Below are positions 11,377 through 24,652 of a stretch of DNA of 64,000 nucleotides, piece by piece. The notes beneath the pieces are model-generated. The model saw only the letters and a list, made by a program, of their open reading frames with translations, was not told the DNA's origin and did not search any database. The DNA lies in contig NC_058368.1 of NCBI RefSeq assembly GCF_018350175.1, positions 170,998,001-171,062,000 on the forward strand, read 5' to 3'. The translations under genes were made by a program, and so were the position numbers. This DNA is from Felis catus. Lineage: Eukaryota. The first letter of the stretch is position 1. Every line of letters begins with the position of its first letter.

Positions 11377-13514
11377 GTAAGGAGAGAGCCCTTCTCTGTG
11401 CTGCCACCTCACAGGACAGGGCTTGCTCCTCCTGTTCCACCACCCTTGCTTCAGGCTATCCATTTAGACTTTATTTCCTTGCCCGGTTATCCTAGTCTAG
11501 AATGTGATGGACGGGCTGTGCCGGATGCAATTCTCCCAGGGCTCCCTTTGTTCTCTGTATCTTCTTTCACCTTTGCAGCAACCTTGTCATTCTCTCTGTC
11601 TCCCCTCTTGAATTTTGCTGCCTTGTACTGTCACATCAAACTTGGCAAGACTCCATGTTACCCACACAAAAAGTCTCCTGTGTCTCGATGTGGCACACCA
11701 TCTGCAAGCCCCACTTTATGTCCTGTGGCTTCCTCCTACAGTCACTAACTCACCTGCTCCCTTTTCTCAAACATTCAAGTCGCATCCCTCCATCCTACTT
11801 TTGTTCATGCTTTTTTCCGTCTGAAATGCCCTCTCCTCCTTACTTATTAATCCTTAGTTTAAAGTTCTAGTTTGGATACCAGTGCTCCCCAAGGCATTTT
11901 TGGACCATTCTGGCCTGTTATAGAATTCCTTCCTCTCCTACATGCCTAGAGTAGTTATTAATATCCTCTCCCATGTTGTGATTAGACCTCAATACTCCTT
12001 TTGCTTAATCTGGCACAGTGTAGATGCTAAATGAACAAATGAATGAGTAAGCGAGTGCATGATTTTGTGATCTGCCCTCCACTCTGGAGTGCCATTTGAT
12101 CCTGAGAGTTTTTTCTAAAAGGTCACATAGCAGCTAAACTGTGGGGATTAGGAAAATCTGCAAGGGTCATCATATTGCCTGAACTATGACAGTTCTGACT
12201 GGTCACGGTAACTGATTGCTAACCTCTCCCTGACCTCATTCCTCCTGCCAGGCTGTCTTGTACTGTCTGCCGTCCCTAGTAACACAGCTGCTTTTGTCTC
12301 TCACCCTGTCTCTCTGGTCTGCTTTCTGGTGCAGAGTAGGGGAAAGCAGGGCACCTTGGAGGCAGTGCTTGTCCATCCCTTAAGGACGAATCCAGTATCC
12401 ACACCCACAGCAAAAGGGGACAGGACGAGAGGAGAGTGAAATGTTGACACTAGATGGCCAAGATCAGATTACTGAGGTTAGGAGCAGAATTACAGAAAGG
12501 AGGAGATACCAGTGTGAGCAGTATTGCCTGGGAAGGTGTGCTTGGACATTATGTGGAGGGGGAATCATGAAAGCCTAGATGTTCACTTGCTGTCTCTCAA
12601 CTTGCTTCTAGGCACTGAGAGATGGATGATTTCCTTCTAGATATTTTTCCAGAAAGTGGACAGTGGCAGCAGTGGGTGGGGTGGTACTGAGTACCTGAGT
12701 AGGATTTTCTTAGGGGAGATGTAAGAAAGACGATAGAATGTCTATCCAATAACTTAAGCATTCCATTAAAAAATAAACTACTTAAAGTAAGAGCATTCAC
12801 GCCAAACACTAATTACCAGTGAATTTATTACAGCAGACCAATTTGGTGCTCCTAGGTTCCAACTGATGTTCTCTCTCCCTATTTTAACATTAAGTGGCTT
12901 TAAATGCTTAATGTAATGCTGAATTTCCTCAGTTTCTATTTTAAGTGTTTGTCAAGCATATGCCTTGTGTTCAAATTTGATAATATAAAGGACTGTTCTT
13001 TTACCAACTTTTCTGTGAATTCTATTATAATCTTCTTAAATGTAGACCCAAATGTGCTCTGGTAAATAGGTAAATATGGATTTTAGATCTGCTGTTTTAA
13101 AATGGGTAGGCAGGTGAAGATAAGGCCACAGGATGGGAAAATAGTCCCTAGATCAATATTTTGGCCTGGTGACCTACAAAGGGGGCAAATTTGAAGAAAG
13201 AGGAGAAAGACTTTGAGAGACTGTATCAGAAAGCAACGAGTAGCTAAGAATCTATCCACTAACCGGAAGATGCAACTTGGCTAGAAAGAATTAAGGCAGG
13301 AGAGAAGTAGTGAATTAGGGGAAATCGTGCAGGCAGGAAGGCCTGATGTAGCATGATAGGTAGTTTGGGAAGAATGTGGGCACAGTTAGCTGATGACATT
13401 TAAAAAAAAAAAAAGAGCTTGAGAGACAAAGCACTAACATCTTGTGTGCGAGAGTGGTGTCAAACTGCAAACTGTGTCAAACATCGTCTCTGCGTATTTA
13501 TTTATTTAAAGAGA

Positions 13515-13727
13515 TTTTTTTAAATGTTTATTTACTTTTAAGAGACGGAGAGACAGAGTGTGAGTGGAGAAGGGGCAGACAGAGAGAGGGAGACACAGAA
13601 TCTGAAGCAGGCTCCAGCCTCGGAGCTGTCTGCACAGAGCCTGATGCGGGGCTCAAACCCACCAGCCATGAGATCATGACCTGAGCCGAAGTCAGACGCT
13701 CAACCGACTGAGCCACCCAGGTGCCCC
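13515..13727 (-). mobile_element. Can-SINE
   Basis: SINEC body; TSD-like tctctgc(g/a)tattta on both sides. Confidence 0.92.
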
Positions 13728-16700
13728 TATCTCTGCATATTTATAATTTCCTTGTCTGTACTACCATATAGATAAAATATTTGTATTTTGCTTTATTTAA
13801 ATATTTATTACTTTTGATTTCTTTTTTCCATTTAAAATAGTGTTTGTCCTCTAAATGACCTGACCATGGATATGCTGCAAAGACACATAGAAAGCGTGGA
13901 GAGTGTGGAGAATGTGCCAGGAAAGAGCGAGCATACATAGGAAAGAGGGCAGAAAGCCTTTATGGACAGCCAAAAGAGAACTGTAGAGCACATAACCATA
14001 GAGCTGCCTCCCAGGTCAAGGAACTGAACCCAGCCAGGGCCCAGAAGTTTCTCCATGTCCATTCGTATCATGACCACATGCCCTCTCCTGAGTTCAGGAA
14101 GACAACATCTTAGAGTCTTCGGAAAGCTTAATGATTTTGCTTTTTACATTTCGGTTGATAATCTACCCTGAACAAATTTTTTGTGTGTGGGATGAGGCGC
14201 AGTTTCAACTTTTCTTTTCCTCATTTGGATACTCAGTTGTCCCAGTACCATTTATTCAAAAGCCTGTCTCCATTGCATTGCATCATCAGTTATCTGTCAC
14301 TAGACCCTGAATTTATTTATCCTATTGTAGGGAAACATTTTTAAAGTTCGTTAATTGAAGACTCTGATTTTCCCAGCTTCCCTTTCTTGAGCCTTTCCTA
14401 TGTCTGAGGCTCACTCTCTAATTGACAATCTTTATTTAGTCCTTGTGATAACCCCATGGGGTTCCTATTGTTATCCCTGGGTGATTAGAGGTTAAGTAAG
14501 TTGCCCAAGGGTACCCAGCTCCTAAGTAACAAAGCCAAGAGTCCAAAGTCTGTCCTCCTGCATTCTAGTCTGAGGCCCAACACCTTCCACAGAGCTGACC
14601 TGTAATCCTGTCTCTGACCATTTCAGTCACAGTCTTTTAGATATCCTGCCTAAAAACCTGCCTTGAACCATCCTGCCCTTCTAGACACTTAACTTGCTCT
14701 CTCTATCTGCGTGGAGACGTGTCTGCTGATTGGATTTGAATTCTTTGTCTATTTAAAGAATCAAGTATCAGTCAGCCGCTCAGGCAGGCCAAGCCTCAGG
14801 CTCTCTGCCCTGTGCTCTTGCCAAGGGATCTTGGCGAGGTCTGGGGTTTTCCCAAAAGGGTTTGCTACTTGATACTCACTCTTCAGCCTAATTTTCAACC
14901 TGTGATGCTTTCCTGAGCCCATACAGGTAGTTGATTGTGCAGCTTTTCCTTTGTGTGCAAAGAATGTTCCGTCATCAGCCCAGATTTACTTTTCTCAAAG
15001 GTATCACTGAGAGATGGCAGCCTGTGGGGAACAGAGAGCTGATTGGAGGGTTGGAAATGGGTCCTCGGATTGACGTGCATTGCCTGGGTTGCCAAGCAGG
15101 GCTACATTTTCAAAAGGGATGATTATCCAAGGTCTGTTGCAGAGCTGAAATCTGGTTTATAAAAAAAGAAGAGGTTAGGGGCAATGCCATTCACACTGAG
15201 TTTGCCAAATCCTTAATCATGAAATATTCTCAGAATGTTGGCAATCACTTCTGGGTAACCCTGCTTACACAATAGTTCTCAAAGCTGCCAGAAACACTGG
15301 TATGAAATGCTTAAGTAAGGTCATTAAACAATGTGGGAGTTCACTGCCTTTCTCTGAAATATCTTACTGACTTTGAATACGATGAATTCAGATAATCTTT
15401 TCTACAAAAGCACACATGTCAGAGCATGGATGCTGCTACCTTGTCCCATCCACGTGACATTGCCACATATCAATACCACCTCCTAGAGGTTGCATGAGGG
15501 ATGACTACAACATATGGCTTTGTCGTTTAAATGCTTTACATTTCTTTTTCCTAAAGCTCCTCGTTTGGAAGGTATACAGTGGCTAAAGGCTGGCAGCGTT
15601 TTGGAAAGAATAGTTCAGGTTTTATCCTAGAATCTGTTCTGTGCCTGGTGGTCCCTCACCACACATCCTTAAACTTCCTGACAACCTGCCAACAACCAGA
15701 TGACTTTAGCTCCTAGCACAGTGGTGCTTTCTGCTACAGACGGGGTGGACAACGTGAAGCCACTTGTTGGGTGTGCGATGACCATTCCCTGAGACTCAGA
15801 AGGATCCTCATTGTCTTGAGGCGTGGAATGTGCCTGTATTTATGGACCTTTTGTTCTACCAGACTCTTCACTCCCAGTCTGTAACATGAGGATGCTTTTG
15901 ATACATCTCTTAACCTTTTCACACTTTTCTTTTTAAAACTTTTTGTCATTGGCAGTTGTCACACTATCTGTATGGGCTCCAAGAATGACCTCAGATGATG
16001 ATGTAACGATTGGATTTATTTATAAGGAATGATCTAGATTTCCTCATGGCAATTGCAGTTCTTGCATTGCACTGAGGTCTCTTCTTCAAAATTGGCTGCA
16101 AGCTAAGTGTTTCTGTCAGAATCTTCCAGCACTAGAAAAAGCTGGGAGAATGAGGAGACTACTCAGTCAATTCAATGTATTCTGGACTTATGGGTAACTA
16201 GTTTCATGCAAAGGTGTTTCTCAAAGTCTGAATCTTTGCTATGAGTCCCCAAAATTGCTGACACAGATTGCTTTACTGTCAAGGGGCTCAGAAAAATCGG
16301 AGAAAACCTATAATATATTTTGGAAGTGATCATCAACATATAGTATCTAAATTTATAGAGAATGTGTCGGCAGCAAGGAAATGGGCATTGATGAGAAAAT
16401 CTAGAAAAATGCAAGTTATAGACAAGCAGTTGCTAAGTTGTTTGTCTCTTATTTGTTGGTTTGGGATGTGGTAGGTGAAAGTCCTGTCCTTACACTTGTA
16501 CTTCTAAATAAAAATCTTTCTGGGAGCCTTGGGAAGTGAGAGAGAGAGAGAGACTCTGATATGTTCTAAGATAAATCAATAAAAGAAAAGGGCAATGTCT
16601 GGAAAACAGATTGAGGTAGTTAGGATGGCTGATGCTGCTTCCCTCCATCCCAGATTTGTGGTAGCTGAAAGATGAAGCAAGGTGGAATCCAAAGAACAGC

Positions 16701-18164
16701 ACGTGAAGCCAAGACTCAGCTGGTTGAGATAAGAAGCCAGATGGGGCCTTCCATCTCCCTCTCAGCCCACCCCTCAGATGACCATTTATAAGCACTTTTG
16801 AGAAGTCTCTCTTGGGCTTCTCTGAGTAGATTTAAGGCTGGCACCCTCCTTGTAAGTTCTCTTCTTTGGTGTGCCTACATCTTCATTACTCTGGTCCAAC
16901 GTCCTGGTCTCTGTGGTGTGCAGTGAGTGTTTCAGTTAAGGTTTCCTTGGAACCTGGAGTGGTAATGGATATGATCTGGAAATTCCAAGAGGTAGAATTT
17001 GTATAGAATAGTACTGGTGTGGTGTTTTCCAGCTTACAAACTGTTTTCAAATCTGAGGTGGCAGTGGCTCTGTCTGTTTGGTCATAATTGTTTACACTCA
17101 ACCACAGCCACATCCTGACACAGAATAGGTGCCAATAGTTGTTGAATCTGTGATGAACAAAGAAATCTATCATTTCACTTGACATCGTAATTATCCACTG
17201 AAGTAGCTAGGGCTGTTATCATCCATTCTCATTTCATACATGACGAAATTGAGTCTCAGCAAAACTAAATCCTTCTCCTCTGGAAGTCAGGCTGCTAGAT
17301 TGCTGCACTGGAACCATAACCCAGTTATTTTTATCCCAAATCCAGTGTTTCTTCTATACCAAAGAAAGAGAAACGGAGGAGGAGACTAACGGTAATTTGA
17401 GCCAGACATCTAGGGAAGTGGATGGATTTCTAAATTTTTTTTATTGTTAGATAGGCTAGGGTTTCATTTACAGCCTGAAGCCAGTACGGATCTAGAGAGG
17501 TCAGCTGGAGGATGTTAGGGACTACAAAGAGAGAGGTTTCTTAGGGCTTGACCAGAGAGCTGACTACTCATTTAGAAGGGATGATGTTAAGAAGTAGGGT
17601 AACTGTAAAAATTGAAAACAATTTGTGAGAAAAGGACTGCCAGGGCAAGGGATGGCGGTAGAGCCTAGGGGTTATAGTATGCAAGAATAATTACTATTCT
17701 CATATAAAAAGGATAAGGGGGACTGGCCCAGTGACTTGGGGGACTTCAAAGGGTCAGAAGCTAGGGTGCTTTGAGAACTAGAGTTGATCTAGAACAAAGG
17801 CTGCAAATTAGAAAGTAAAATAATTGGGTCTCGCAGAGAAAAGGTAGCATTTTTAATCAATGTGTCTCTATGGTGGAGCAATGATGCATAATAACATACT
17901 CTGTATTCCACAACTCCCCCCTCCCCCCATCCTGGAAATTCTAGAAAAGATAGAACCTGCAGCTGCTTTTGGAAGAACGGTAGCAAATGCCTGTCTTAGC
18001 TCCTGAAGGTCAGCTTGAGATCCCTGAGCCAGAGCACATCACATTTTCTTATCTTGCATCTCACCGTAACGGCTCCTTGTAAATTTCCAAAGACGCCTTC
18101 TTTGTGTCCCTAAACCAATCCAGACAGACAGTGTATTGAAATGGCAAGATCATCCAAAGAAAGC

Positions 18165-18315
18165 TAGGAAACAGAGGTTGAGTCCTGGCTTTGCCAATAA
18201 CATTGTGACCTTAGACAAGTCATTCATACTTCGTGGGCTTCACTATCCCCAACTGGAAATGAAAAGATTGACATAGATTCCATGTCCTAGAAGTTTCCTG
18301 AGTCTAACAATCTAT
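18165..18315 (+). mobile_element. MIR-family remnant
   Basis: ttgagtcctggctttgcca..tgtgaccttagacaagtca...gggcttcactatccccaactggaaatg. Confidence 0.65.
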
Positions 18316-19039
18316 GAAGCAAGGGAGAGAATCAGATGCAACATTTGTATTTACTTTCTTTGTAGATAAGATTTTTAAAGGCGTGTTAAAAGGCTGTCAG
18401 GTCAGGCTGGTTTCCAGGTTCTGGTTGATTATGCTGGTGATTTATCAGGCTTACCTAATTACTATTCTCATATAAAAACAAATGAATCTAATTTTGTTAA
18501 TTTAGCTTACCGAGGAAACAAAGCAAATATTAATCACTTATAAAAATATCAGAATAAGGAGGAATAAGGGATTGACAACATCAGAGGCAAAGACTTTTTT
18601 TTTTTCCTTTTGAGAAATATGATCGAATACTGCCTTGAATTTTTAGTGCACAGTGTATGGGGAACACACTTGGCATGGTCATGCGGTGATACTTGGAGAG
18701 GATGAGAGCATTTTCAGAGAAAAAGCAATACTAATGTTTCTTCGAAAAAAATAATATTTCTTCAAAAGGCTGAATTTTGGTTGAAGGGGAGACTAAGAGA
18801 GATACTTTTAAATGCATAACTCATATTTGCTTTCCCTAAGCAAAGTTCCTGGGTGCAATATATGGCCAAGGACGTTGTTGGTACTCCTTTTGCAAGTATC
18901 AGCTGAGGGCAGTTGTTAATCAGATACAACCACCTCTGCAGGTTGAGAAGAAACAGTCTTCATGCAAGATGAAATTGAATGGTCTCCCAATATACTTTTC
19001 TTGTTATGTTTGCTTTCCTAGAGAAACATGTGTGTTCAG

Positions 19040-19280
19040 TGGGTAGGATCAGGGGATCTAAAGTCAGACTACCTGTGATGTATCGTTTGGTAGGTGTGAT
19101 GTGTCATTAGTTGCTGGGTGGCCTTGAGCAGGCTATTTAATCTTGCCTCAGTTAACTTATCTCTAAAACAGAATTACAGTAGAATCTCAGTACAAAGAAC
19201 AAATGAGCTGATGCACATACATAGCTTGAAAGAATGCCTATTGAGTGCTACTGAGTAGCACTCTGTTACCTAGGGTAATT
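19040..19280 (+). mobile_element. MIR remnant
   Basis: aagtcagact...ggccttgagcaggctatttaatctt gcctcagtt..ctctaaaa. Confidence 0.6.
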
Positions 19281-20711
19281 GTTCCTGTTGCTACCTTTTA
19301 TTCATATATAATAACTTGTGTGCCCAGGTGGAGGTGAGGAGTAGGTATTTGATTAGGTGTCATGATTGGGCACTGGCTGAGTAATGACTATTAACATTGT
19401 CTGAACTGAAAGGCCCATAGTTTGGGCAGAGAAGTCCTGCTACTCCTTAACTACAGTTAAGTCATCTCCCATAGTCGGTAGTTGACTACACCTTGGTTTT
19501 CATTCTGATTGGGAATTATCTCTGTCCCCACTTCTCCCCATAATGAGAAAGGAGAGTTGACTGAGGACAACTTTATTATAATGATCAGTTAAGTAGCCTG
19601 AGATATAAAGGTGACATGTGTCCTGCCAGTTCTTCCAGAGGTATTGGAAACTGGATTAGAAATGAACGATCACGAAAGCTAACAGCTATACAGATACAGT
19701 TCACTCTAGAAAAAGGATATTCCAAGCTACTTCCACAGTTGTTTAGTTCTTCATAGATTTTTTGACTCTAACGGGATAATCTTTGCCAATCATATGGCAT
19801 CATCAATGCTTGAAATGAGAGAAACACCACACAGGGATAAATGGACTCAAGAGAATCAACATATTTTAATGCCTGTCAATATTGCCAAGAGGGAGTCAGA
19901 CATTCGTTGCACAGTATCTTCTCTTTATACTTTTTAAATAGATCCACTGATGTATGGACTTTTTCTAATTTCAACTCTGTGTAAATAGAAAAGGATAACT
20001 GAGTTGGGCATGTTAAAGTAGCAGAGCATGCTTTATTCACCACTTTCTGAAAAGGAGAAATAGCCTCTGGTCTCTGCCTTTTCCTCTCTGACATCCTGGT
20101 AATTTTAGTATCCATAATTCAAATAATCACCACTAAGAACAAAGTTTAAGATTTGTTGTGTCTGTTTGGAAAACAATGAAGGGCTCTGATGTCATGATTA
20201 AAACAAATATTACTTTTGGCATTTTTATTTCCTGAACTGATTTCTTATTTGAACAAACACTGTTTTCTGGAACCTGGTAATTATGCACACAAACCCTAAT
20301 TCATTTCTTTAGTCCTTGCTTAGGAACCAAACTTTGTTTGCAGAATTGCTCCACTCTTAACCGAGTAACAATTTTATTTTGTGTTACTAAGGAGTGGGGG
20401 TGGTGGGGGATGGAGCAAGAGGATGGAAATGCAGGATGTGGGACTACGGGCTCCATGTAGCAGTGGACATTTTTCTTGGGTAATGACTTTAATCTACTCT
20501 TGACAGAAAAGACAAGAAAGGAAATACGGTTAATGGTTCTGAAATCTCTTTTTTTCCTCCTGAATTTCAGCAATTACTTTAGCTCTTGAAATTGGAGTCA
20601 TCGCACTTCCTTTTGCCATTTTATCCTTAGAGGCAGAGATTGAAAACGCTTATTGTACTCAGCTGTGGGTACCTGAATCAATGGTAGTAAGTGGATGGTA
20701 GGTGGTTCTAT

Positions 20712-21195
20712 GAGTTGGGATTAGGATCAGCAGCATATAACAGAAAAACCCAGAGTGGCAGTGACTTAATCAAGATAACTCTGTCTTGATTTTTGCTCAC
20801 ACAAAAGGAGTACAAAGGGGAACAACCCAGAGGTGGTGAGGTGGCTCCACAGAGTCATTAGGAACCCAGGAACCTTTCAGGTCTCTGTATCACCATCCCT
20901 AGGCTGTGGTCCTTGTTCTTAAAAGCCCCAAGAGGTCTTCTGATTCTATCTGTGGACCAGACAACAAATGGAGAGACTCTTTTTTTTTAAGGGCTTTCTC
21001 TTCCAGAACTGCATTTAACAGTTATATTTACATCTCCTTGATTGAAACTTAATGATAGAGCCAAAGTTGGCTGCAGGAAAGGCTGAGAAATGTACCCAGG
21101 CAGGCAGTAATGTACGCAGCTAAAACTTAGTTTTCCTATGGCCACGAAACAGAACATAGATAATAGGAGGCAGCTAGCATTCTGTGCAGAATACT
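20712..21195. mobile_element. Old MaLR LTR (MLT1-like)
   Basis: agttgggattagg..cagcatataacagaaaaacccaga..gtgacttaatcaagata...ggctgcaggaaaggctgagaaatg is typical of old MLT1 LTRs. Confidence 0.6.
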
Positions 21196-21248
21196 GCAGT
21201 ACATTTATTCTGGAGGCCAATGGTAGAAATTGAAAAAATTCTATGAAG

Positions 21249-21362
21249 AGGTGCTGGCCCGGCTCAGTTGGAAGAGCATGTGACTCTTGATCTCGAGGTC
21301 ATGAGTTTGAGCCCCACATTGGGTATGAAGATTACTAAAAATAAAATAAACTTTAAAAAGAA
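21249..21362 (+). mobile_element. Short tRNA-derived carnivore SINE (tRNA head plus A-rich tail, no CT tract)
   Basis: A-box ggctcagttgg and B-box gagtttgagcc, followed directly by aaaataaaataaa. Confidence 0.75.
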
Positions 21363-21946
21363 ATTTATTCTTGTGAAGAACACTATAACATGTGACTGAG
21401 TACATGTTATACTCTGACCGAGTACATAGGAAACACCTAATGGAAAGATATACCACATTAGTTTTTAACTAATTAACATTGAAATTAATTTAATTTAAAT
21501 TAACACTTAAAATGAAAAAGAAAAGAATTTGTGAAATAATGCCTGACCTTTGAGGAACCTATGTTTCTGTTCTGTAAGTTTTCTAGTTCTGTGGGTAATG
21601 TATGTCATCTATGCAGGTTATCAGGTTATATTATCAAGTTCATGTATTAATGAAGGACCTACAAAAAAACATTAGAGAAAGTGAACAACATAAGAGAATT
21701 AAGTCAGGATGTTATACTTCCTGCTCTTCCCAGACTGCGCATCTGCTGACACTCAGGAAGTTACATGTCGTGATATCGTGAGCATTGTGCACATATAGCC
21801 AGTTTCAGATTCCTTTGTGAACAAAAGACAAGTGTAAACGTAAAGAAAAGGTCATTTTAGGTATAGGGAAGACCCATCCGCCTATCACAACCAAATAGAT
21901 GGCTCTAGAACTGAGGCTCCGTTCATGAAAAAACCTTACTTCCTAG

Positions 21947-22013
21947 ATGGCTTCAGAGAAAGCTTGTGTTGAGAATAATGCATCTGTGAAAAGCAGTTGT
22001 GCAGACCAATATG
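21947..22013 (+). CDS. Coding exon (MASEKACVENNASVKSSCADQY), internal or alternative start
   Basis: Acceptor ccttacttcctag, donor ATG|gtaaaa (alternative AAA|gtgagc 6 nt downstream), phase 0 to phase 1. Confidence 0.6.
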
Positions 22014-22557
22014 GTAAAAGTGAGCCCGTGAGTGAAGAGGCACAGGGCAAAAACAAAGATGAAGGCTGGGCTCCAGAGGAAAGGCATGCGGCGTGCCTGG
22101 TGAGGGTCTGGTTGAATGAAAGTCCCAGCCAAAATGCCAGGTGGAAGATTCCCATTGGCTGAGGGAGCTACTAGTTCCTGTCTCGTAGCAAGGTTAGTTT
22201 CAAAGCACCTTTCAGGATTTAGCAGAAAAGATGTGCAATTTATTCACCTCTTGCTCCAGAAATAGTTAAAGCAAGAATCATCTGTCAGTCCTTACAAGCC
22301 AAATAATGAAATTTTAAACAGAAGGCAGAATTTTAAACAAAGGGTAGAAACACAGACTCCCACTTTGCAGATCACAGAAAGGACACCTCTCTCAGAGTCT
22401 TTTGTTCTCTGCTTCAGCTGTAAGGAATCCCAGGTCAGGTCTACACCACATGTTGGTGAGAGTGGTCCAGTGGCCCTGGATAACCTGACTCATCTCAGGC
22501 ATCCCTATGAAAAACACAGCCCTATTGACTTTACAGTTTTATTTAGTCTTACTCCAG

Positions 22558-22794
22558 GGGATGATGGCCCAGTATCTTTCACTGACCTGAGACAACCCCT
22601 TTGCAGCTGGAGCCTTGAGAAAATCCTCCATAAGCCCGTTGGCAAGGACAGAAGTGGAATCATGAAAGAATTAGAAAAGTTCTCTTGTTTGAGATCCCAG
22701 TTTCCTCAGGTGGTTGAGTGGAAGCCAGATGGGCAGTGCTTATCCCGAGACCTGAGACACCCTAAAGCCCAACCCAACAGCATTACTCCCCATG
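22558..22794 (+). CDS. Coding exon, 237 nt (GDDGPVSFTDLRQPLCSWSLEKILHKPVGKDRSGIMKELEKFSCLRSQFPQVVEWKPDGQCLSRDLRHPKAQPNSITPH)
   Basis: Acceptor ttttatttagtcttactccag, donor ATG|gtacaa, symmetric phase 1-1, inside the 188-aa ORF, protein-like composition. Confidence 0.68.
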
Positions 22795-23036
22795 GTACAA
22801 AGAAAATGTTCTTGAGATTTAGACTATATATATTATTAATATTATCATGGGAGGCCGACACGCCCAAGTCTACCTCTAGATCTCAAACTTTTCCAATACA
22901 GTTTTTGGTTTCCCAGCCTGTTTTACTCTAATAACAGGTCCACAATTAAAGAAGCTTGGTGTACTATGTCTCTTAAACTACCTCCATGTAGCTGGCCACA
23001 GGCAGTATCTGCCCATCCTCTTATTTCCCCTTGCAG

Positions 23037-23089
23037 GTTCCACCATGCTGTGTTTGGAACACTTACAAGTAGATGAGAGCCACCAGTAA
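23037..23089 (+). CDS. Coding exon (GSTMLCLEHLQVDESHQ*), terminal or spliced at CCA|gtaagc after 23085
   Basis: Strong acceptor cctcttatttccccttgcag, phase 1 in frame; in-frame TAA at 23087-23089 overlaps a donor. Confidence 0.5.
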
Positions 23090-23259
23090 GCCCCAGCAGA
23101 GAGAGATGAATGGGGATGAATGGGGATCTTCTTAGCTGTCTGGATGTATTCTTGTGGCCTTCAGTGAAAAGCCATAGAGCTCCATAAAAGGGAGAGAGGC
23201 AAGGCTCTTTAAACTATTTACGGATCATCATAATATTCATTAATTACCATCTATCTCTT

Positions 23260-23605
23260 GATGCTTAACCAGGTACTAAACTGACAACTAATACAGTGGT
23301 AAACAAAACAGATGGCCTTTCCTGTCACAGAGCTTACATTCTCATAGGGGAAACAAATTTTGAATAACAAAATTCGCAAGTAATTATTTAATTGAAGGTA
23401 TTTTAAGTTGATACAAGAAAGTACCCAGTTTTACAGAGTGTATTTTAAAGGTACTGATCTAGGCTGTGGGTCAGGAAAGGCTTCCCTGAGGTTGTGTGGC
23501 TGTGTAACAAGGTTTAAGTTGATATTTGAAGGTTGACTAAGAATTAAGAAAGATGATACTCCCAGCAGAGGGAAAAGCATTGGTGAGGCCAAGGTAAAGG
23601 AAGAA
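23260..23605. mobile_element. L2 remnant
   Basis: acaaaacagatggcc..cctgtcacagagcttacattct; tcaggaaaggcttccctgagg; ccagcagagggaaaagca. Confidence 0.65.
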
Positions 23606-23607
23606 AC

Positions 23608-24150
23608 ATGGTGATAAGAAAGAAAATGTGGTACATATATACAATGGAATATTATGCCATTGTATATATGGCTATATATAGCCAGGGTAAGGAAATCCTG
23701 CCATTTATGACAACGTGGATGGAATTTGAGGACATGATGCTAAGTGAAATAAGTCAGAGAAAGACAAATGACCTCACTTACATGTGGAATCTTAAAAACA
23801 AAAAATGAACTCATAGATAGGGAGAACAGATTGGTGGCTGTCAGAGTGGGAGGTGGGAGTGAGTGGGTAAAATGGGTGAAGGTGGTCAAAAGGTACAAAC
23901 TTACAGTTATAAGATAAATAAGTCCTGGGGATGTAATATACAGCGTGGTGACTATAGTTAATAATACTGTATTGTATATTTGCATGTTGCTAAGAAAATA
24001 GATCTTAAAAGTTCTCATCACAAGAAAAAAATCATAACTTTGTGTGGTAATGCATGTTAACTAAACATTGTGGCAGCCTACACATATGTCAAATCATTAT
24101 GTTTTGCACCTGAAACTAGTACAATGTTCTATATCAATTATATGTCAGTT
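23608..24150 (+). mobile_element. L1 3' end fragment (ORF2 C-terminus and 3'UTR)
   Basis: KKMWYIYTMEYY...EILPFMTTWMEFEDMMLSEISQ matches the L1 ORF2 C-terminus. Confidence 0.9.
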
Positions 24151-24195
24151 GGAAGGAAGGAAGGAAGGAAGGGAGGGAGGGAGGGAGGGAGGGAA
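24151..24195. repeat. (GGAA)n/(GGGA)n microsatellite at the L1 tail
   Basis: Direct reading. Confidence 0.9.
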
Positions 24196-24652
24196 AAAGG
24201 AAGAACAAACAGTGATTCTGTAGGACAGTGAGACTCCCTGCGTAGACCAAGGGGCCTGTCAGGCCATCTTAAGGATTTTCATATACCATGGATAAAGAAA
24301 GAGAAACTCACAAGAGCCTCCAGACAGGGAAAATAAAACCAAGTAAATTCTCCCCCTTCTTGTTTCTTACTCCTTAGCTTCTTACTTGACATCTTTAGCC
24401 AACGAACTTCAAATCTTAGGGCAAACTAGGAAAAATCAAACCAAGTCTAAACCTTTGTGCAAAACTAAACTCTTAGGTGAGGTGAATACCAAGAAAATGC
24501 ACAAAAATATAAAAATTAAACTAATGTTTTCATATGACTAAATATATCTATAATTCAGTAGATTTGGCCTTGTCACTTGAACTGATTTATCTCTAAAAAC
24601 ATATGCAGATATTTTAACCTTCTGAATTCTACACATTCATAGCTTTCTACAG

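Noticed and set aside
11167..11748. 193-aa ORF as a single-exon gene
   Set aside because: Non-ATG start; only 11261-11376 has splice signals and coding-like composition, and the rest is pyrimidine-rich intron sequence
13841..14030. Strong acceptor (ttttttccatttaaaatag) suggesting another exon
   Set aside because: The phase-0 frame stops after five codons, there is no good donor, and downstream sequence resembles an old L1 3' remnant
21249..21335. Possible tRNA gene
   Set aside because: Degenerate stems and an A-rich tail indicate a tRNA-derived SINE
22365..22931. 188-aa ORF as a standalone gene
   Set aside because: Starts at TTG; better explained by exon 22558-22794 with open intronic flanks
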